Below are positions 14,645-18,176 of a DNA stretch of 18,176 bases, piece by piece. Made by a program: the position numbers and the translations under genes. Position 1 is the stretch's first letter, and every line of letters begins with the position of its first letter. The notes under the pieces were generated by a model that did not search any database, was not told the origin of the DNA, and saw only the letters and a list, made by a program, of their open reading frames with translations. Source of the stretch: Candidatus Methylomirabilia bacterium (lineage in GTDB: Bacteria > Methylomirabilota > Methylomirabilia > Rokubacteriales > CSP1-6); contig JBHIBG010000052.1 of the NCBI GenBank assembly GCA_046758965.1, positions 1-18,176 of the forward strand, written 5' to 3'.

Positions 14645-16357
14645 TCACTTTCGCGACCATCGGCCCTTCACAAGAACGATTCCGGCAGGCGCTCCAGGAG
14701 GTTGGCTCGCGTTAAGGTCGGGATCGAAGCTCCAGTTCCGATTAGGCGGCCGATAGTAATTGCAGCATGCCCAGGGCGCCGTGGCGTTCTGGCTGTGCCA
14801 GAGGGCGATGATGGAGCCGCTGTAGTTGAAATCCACCCCCCCCCAATCCTCCAGGAAGCGGATCACGTTCTCGAGCTGGCCGTTCCCCTGGCCCAGCGTC
14901 GATTCGGCGCTGGGACCGAGGGCAAAGGCGGCGTTCACCGTGGTGGCGCTAGCCGGTCTGTCTGCGCCTAAATCAGTCGTTACGGAATCGGAGTTGTTCG
15001 GCCGCCAGTTGTTGGAAAGGACGGTGATGGCGTCGGCGAGGACGCTGGCCGGGACCTTGCCGATGCTGTTGTAATCCCCCTGGATGTAGACCGGGTCCTC
15101 GGAGACGACGGTCAACCCCTGGCTCGGGAGCTGGGAGCCGTTCACCAGGCGGACGCCGCCGCCCCTTGGCGGAACGCCGTCCCAACCGTCCACGTACAGG
15201 ATGCCATTGGCCGGCGCTTTTCCACAGGCGTCCAAGAGGGCGATGTCCACCTCGGTGACCTTCACGTCCTGGCCCTCCCTGGCGTCGTAGAACGTCTTGG
15301 TGGTGACTGTGTTCGGATCACAGGAATTCAAGTTGACGGGCATCCCGTTCTCGTCCCGCGCCTGGCCACTCTGGGTGAGCCTGAGGCCCGCCTTGTAGTA
15401 CAGCTTGGCCTCTTGCATCGCCTGCGAATCCTGGGGGATACCCGGCTCGATCAGTTGATGGGACACCACATCCGGATTGGCGGGATCGTTGAACAGGTCC
15501 GGGAGTGGGGGGGTGATCTCCTGGATGCCCATGGTGCTGTCCTGGACCTGCCCGCCGAATCTGCTATTCGCGGCGCTCGCCCAGTCACTCTCCGACCACG
15601 GATTGGCGAAACCCGGCTCGTAGTCATGATCAAAGTCGAGGGTCTGGTATGCCCCGTTGGCGTCCTTGATCTGGGGGTTGTTCCCATAGGGAATCGCCGC
15701 ATCCCTCTTGAGACGCCGGTAGATCTTCCCGGCGCTCGTCAAGGCCGCGTCGATATTCAAGCCGCTGCCCGCGGCCAGGTAAATGTCACTGTTGGCATGG
15801 AGTGGCCCGTTGAAGGTCATGAGAGGGCCGGGAGCGATCTCCAGGTCTACCCCTTTTCCGTAGAAGGCGCCGAACTGGAAGAGAGGGACTGACACGTACT
15901 GCAAGACCCGCGTGAGGTTCGCCTTGGTGCCGCCGGGCCCGCTCACTTCGGCGTTGATGAGGTAGTCCGTCGCGAAGGCCTGGAGGCCCTGGAAGCCGCC
16001 GCTGGCCAGCACCGTGGGATACGTCGGCCCGGCCGGCTGGACCTGGAAGGTGTCGAAGGAGAACTGAGAGCTGGAAAGGGTCGGCGGAGTCTGGATGGTG
16101 GCCAGGTCGGCAGCGGTAGGATTGGGAGTCTGCGTCAGGAGACCCCGTAAGTTCACCAGGCCCGACTCGAGCCCGGCCTCGGCGGCGTAGAAGGCTCCGC
16201 TGTAATCCTCCCAATTGCTCTCGATGGTGACCTCGGTCATGCCGATCCCGAGGAGGGTCAGCCCGAACAGCGACAGGATCAGCATGGCCAGGAGGGCGAG
16301 GACGAGGGCCACGCCCTGCTCAGAGTTTATGGATCGGATAGCTTCGAACGGCTTCAT
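14645..16357 (-). CDS. PilX/GspK-like large minor pilin with ~400-aa C-terminal domain, 570 aa
   Basis: SEQG|VALVLALLAMLILSLFGL lacks E5, as PilX/GspK do; AFYAAEAGLE is the PilX N-terminal motif. RBS GGAGG upstream. Confidence 0.88.
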   Translation of the reverse strand: MKPFEAIRSINSEQGVALVLALLAMLILSLFGLTLLGIGMTEVTIESNWEDYSGAFYAAEAGLESGLVNLRGLLTQTPNPTAADLATIQTPPTLSSSQFSFDTFQVQPAGPTYPTVLASGGFQGLQAFATDYLINAEVSGPGGTKANLTRVLQYVSVPLFQFGAFYGKGVDLEIAPGPLMTFNGPLHANSDIYLAAGSGLNIDAALTSAGKIYRRLKRDAAIPYGNNPQIKDANGAYQTLDFDHDYEPGFANPWSESDWASAANSRFGGQVQDSTMGIQEITPPLPDLFNDPANPDVVSHQLIEPGIPQDSQAMQEAKLYYKAGLRLTQSGQARDENGMPVNLNSCDPNTVTTKTFYDAREGQDVKVTEVDIALLDACGKAPANGILYVDGWDGVPPRGGGVRLVNGSQLPSQGLTVVSEDPVYIQGDYNSIGKVPASVLADAITVLSNNWRPNNSDSVTTDLGADRPASATTVNAAFALGPSAESTLGQGNGQLENVIRFLEDWGGVDFNYSGSIIALWHSQNATAPWACCNYYRPPNRNWSFDPDLNASQPPGAPAGIVLVKGRWSRK

Positions 16358-16390
16358 AGTCGTGTCCTCCCTCTCGTCACCGCCATGGCC

Positions 16391-17173
16391 CTAAAGGTTC
16401 CTCGGACGGATATCAGAGGTGATGGTGAAGACCGGAGGGTTCTGGCCCGGCGCCTCAGCGGTCATGGTGATCGTGATGCGCCGAATGTTCTCCAGGTTTG
16501 CCGCCAGGCTTGCCTCCGGAATGGCGGCATCGCCCGTATCGAAGTAGAGCAGTTGAAAGGCTTGAACGCCGTCAGCCAGAAGCTGCGCTCCGGCCCCGTC
16601 ACCAGCGTCCTTGGAGAGCGTCCGGGCACCTGCGTCCCAAGAGAAGGTGATGGCCTTCGGCAGGCCCACCTGCGTCAACTGGGGATAGGAGGCAGTGGTC
16701 CCCCCGCCTACGGTGATGCTCGTGCCGCCGGCCGACGAGACGGTAAGCGGCTCGTACGCGCCCCCGTTGATAAGGTAGATGGTATCGCCTGGCTTGACGC
16801 CCGCAGCGCTATCAACGGCGAGGGCTGTGTCCCCCGCGTTCACATCCTGTGACAGGATGGTCGAGCCGTTGGTGAGATCACCCCAGAAGGTGATGGAGGT
16901 GGCGGTGGCAGCCGTAATCTTCGGCAGCCCGGACACGGTTGGATAGCCGGATCCCGCGAGCCGGAGATCCTCTGCCAGCATCACCATGGCGGCCCTGGCA
17001 GCCTGCTGGGCATCGGCCCGGCCGGTCCCGGCGGTATAAATCCTGCTGCCGGTCACATAGAGAGTCACGACTGCGGCCATAACCAGTCCCACCACGGCGA
17101 GGGCTACTAAGAGCTCGACGAGGGTGAACCCCCGCTGACCGTGACGCGCGGGGCTGAATGATCTCATGGGCAC
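16391..17173 (-). CDS. Type IV minor pilin/pseudopilin, PilW/GspJ-like
   Basis: GQRG|FTLVELLVALAVVGLV, AQQAARAAMVMLAEDLRLAG, QLLADGVQAFQLLY, IRRITITMT, DIRPRN. Start is GTG 17173 or ATG 17167. Confidence 0.9.
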   Translation of the reverse strand: MPMRSFSPARHGQRGFTLVELLVALAVVGLVMAAVVTLYVTGSRIYTAGTGRADAQQAARAAMVMLAEDLRLAGSGYPTVSGLPKITAATATSITFWGDLTNGSTILSQDVNAGDTALAVDSAAGVKPGDTIYLINGGAYEPLTVSSAGGTSITVGGGTTASYPQLTQVGLPKAITFSWDAGARTLSKDAGDGAGAQLLADGVQAFQLLYFDTGDAAIPEASLAANLENIRRITITMTAEAPGQNPPVFTITSDIRPRNL

Positions 17174-17713
17174 CTATGGAATCGTGATCGCCCCAGAGGG
17201 CAGGACTGTCACAGTGAGTGAGGTCCCGCTGGAGCCGCTTACGGTTAAGATGCCGGTCGGACTCGCAGTTCCAAACTGGGTAAAGATGGGATTCGTCCCG
17301 CCGTTGGTGATCGTGACGCCACTCGGGAGCGTGAAGGCCCCCGTGGCGTCGGTGCCCGCGCCGACCCACGCTGGTCCGGCGCACCCGCCCTGCAGGAAGC
17401 GATACTGGTTCCCGACCACTTGGACGCAGATATTCTGCCTGGTGGTCACCGCGAGCGATTTGGCCCGGTTCAGACCGCTCTGGAGCTCCTCGGCGCTGCT
17501 CTTCACGGTGGCAGCCCCGAGGTAGGGGAGGAGCCAGGGGAGGGCGATGAGCGTGACGATGGCGATGATGCTGATGACCACCAGAAGCTCCGGCACAGAA
17601 AAGCCCTTGGGGCTACGGGCACTCGCGCGCCCGGTAGGGGTTGTACTGTTGGGTGAGCGATCGTCTCGCATCGCCTTACCGGTTGCTCTTCTTTGTAGGT
17701 ACGCTTTTGTCAT
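17174..17713 (-). CDS. Type IV minor pilin, FimT/FimU/GspH-like
   Basis: SPKG|FSVPELLVVISIIAIVTLIALP, AEELQSGLNRAKSLAV, IFTQFG, VTVLPSGAI; cysteine pair. The true start may be ATG 17671, which is preceded by GGTAAGG. Confidence 0.9.
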   Translation of the reverse strand: MTKAYLQRRATGKAMRDDRSPNSTTPTGRASARSPKGFSVPELLVVISIIAIVTLIALPWLLPYLGAATVKSSAEELQSGLNRAKSLAVTTRQNICVQVVGNQYRFLQGGCAGPAWVGAGTDATGAFTLPSGVTITNGGTNPIFTQFGTASPTGILTVSGSSGTSLTVTVLPSGAITIP

Positions 17714-17750
17714 ATTGTCAGACAGTTTCTGTCACCACGTAGCCACGGAT

Positions 17751-17774
17751 CAGAACGTCTCGTTCTGTTTTTTT
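17751..17774 (+). terminator. Intrinsic-terminator-like hairpin plus T7 on the plus strand
   Basis: CAGAACG-tct-CGTTCTG followed by TTTTTTT (17768-17774). Confidence 0.45.
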
Positions 17775-17857
17775 CACATTCCGCTAGACACGCTCTAGAG
17801 CTTTGGCTAAATCTTGTAGCCAGTTGGCGTCCCTCCAGTATTTGAGCCTTTGAACTC

Positions 17858-17873
17858 GCATAACTGATGCCAG
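17858..17873 (-). promoter_or_regulatory. Sigma54 (RpoN) -24/-12 promoter upstream of the pilin cassette
   Basis: Minus strand CTGGCATCAGTTATGC has exact GG-N10-GC spacing, is close to TGGCAC-N5-TTGC and points into the fimT-like gene. Confidence 0.6.
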
Positions 17874-17971
17874 GCAGCGGCTTAGCCGCGCCAGGACTCG
17901 CGTCACACGATCAACAACGGCCGCCATCTCCGACCCTCTGAGCCATGCAGTACAATGGTCGGGTGCGAGCC

Positions 17972-18176
17972 GTGGACGTCATCCTCGATATCCGCGACCT
18001 GGCCAAGTCGTTCGGCGGAGTTCGGGCCGTGGATCGCTGTTCGTTCCAGGTCCGGACGGGCAGGATCACCGGGCTCATCGGCCCGAACGGGGCCGGCAAG
18101 ACCACCCTGTTCAACCTTGTGACGGGATTTCTCCGGCCGGACGGGGGGCGGATCCTCTTCAGGGACACGGAGATCA
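17972..18176 (+). CDS. Second HAAT ABC transporter ATP-binding subunit (LivG-like), truncated by the window end
   Basis: Translates as MDVILDIRDLAKSFGGVRAVDRCSFQVRTGRITGLIGPNGAGKTTLFNLVTGFLRPDGGRILF. In-frame alternative starts are GTG 17963 and ATG 17945. Not in the ORF track. Confidence 0.9.
   Translation, partial: MDVILDIRDLAKSFGGVRAVDRCSFQVRTGRITGLIGPNGAGKTTLFNLVTGFLRPDGGRILFRDTEI

Noticed and set aside
17714..17850. Possible c-di-GMP-I (GEMM) riboswitch in the pilin leader
   Set aside because: Fragments such as GGGACGCCAA and CAAAGC are present, but the GNRA-capped P2 stem and contiguous GACGCAAAGC core are not.
17911..18168. 85-aa minus-strand ORF
   Set aside because: Antisense shadow of the plus-strand livG-like gene, which has a clear Walker A motif.
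1..18176. CRISPR array, tRNA/rRNA, prophage or defence genes
   Set aside because: No regularly spaced repeats, RNA gene signatures or matching protein motifs were seen on either strand.

Overview
GC-rich bacterial chromosomal window, almost entirely coded on the minus strand. A Rokubacteria/Methylomirabilota-like origin is only a guess from gene content and style. Reading right to left there are three blocks. (1) A four-gene minor pilin/pseudopilin cassette (fimT/gspH-like, pilW-like, a 570-aa pilX/gspK-like protein with a large C-terminal domain, pilV-like) behind a sigma54-type promoter, with no pilY1 or major pilin in the cassette. (2) A TAXI-type TRAP transporter (binding protein plus fused 4TM/12TM permease) whose two genes are separated by a frameshifted ISL3 transposase remnant. 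(3) A ~9.2-kb amino-acid uptake/catabolism operon: MaoC-like protein lacking the hydratase dyad, livK-H-M-G-F type ABC transporter, ornithine cyclodeaminase/mu-crystallin protein, DAO-family FAD oxidoreductase and class III aminotransferase. It is driven by a near-consensus sigma70 promoter with a palindromic operator in its spacer, and a 172-bp MITE-like element sits between livH and livM. A second livG-like gene starts divergently at the right edge. No rRNA, tRNA or CRISPR array was seen. All calls come from reading the sequence; no searches were run.
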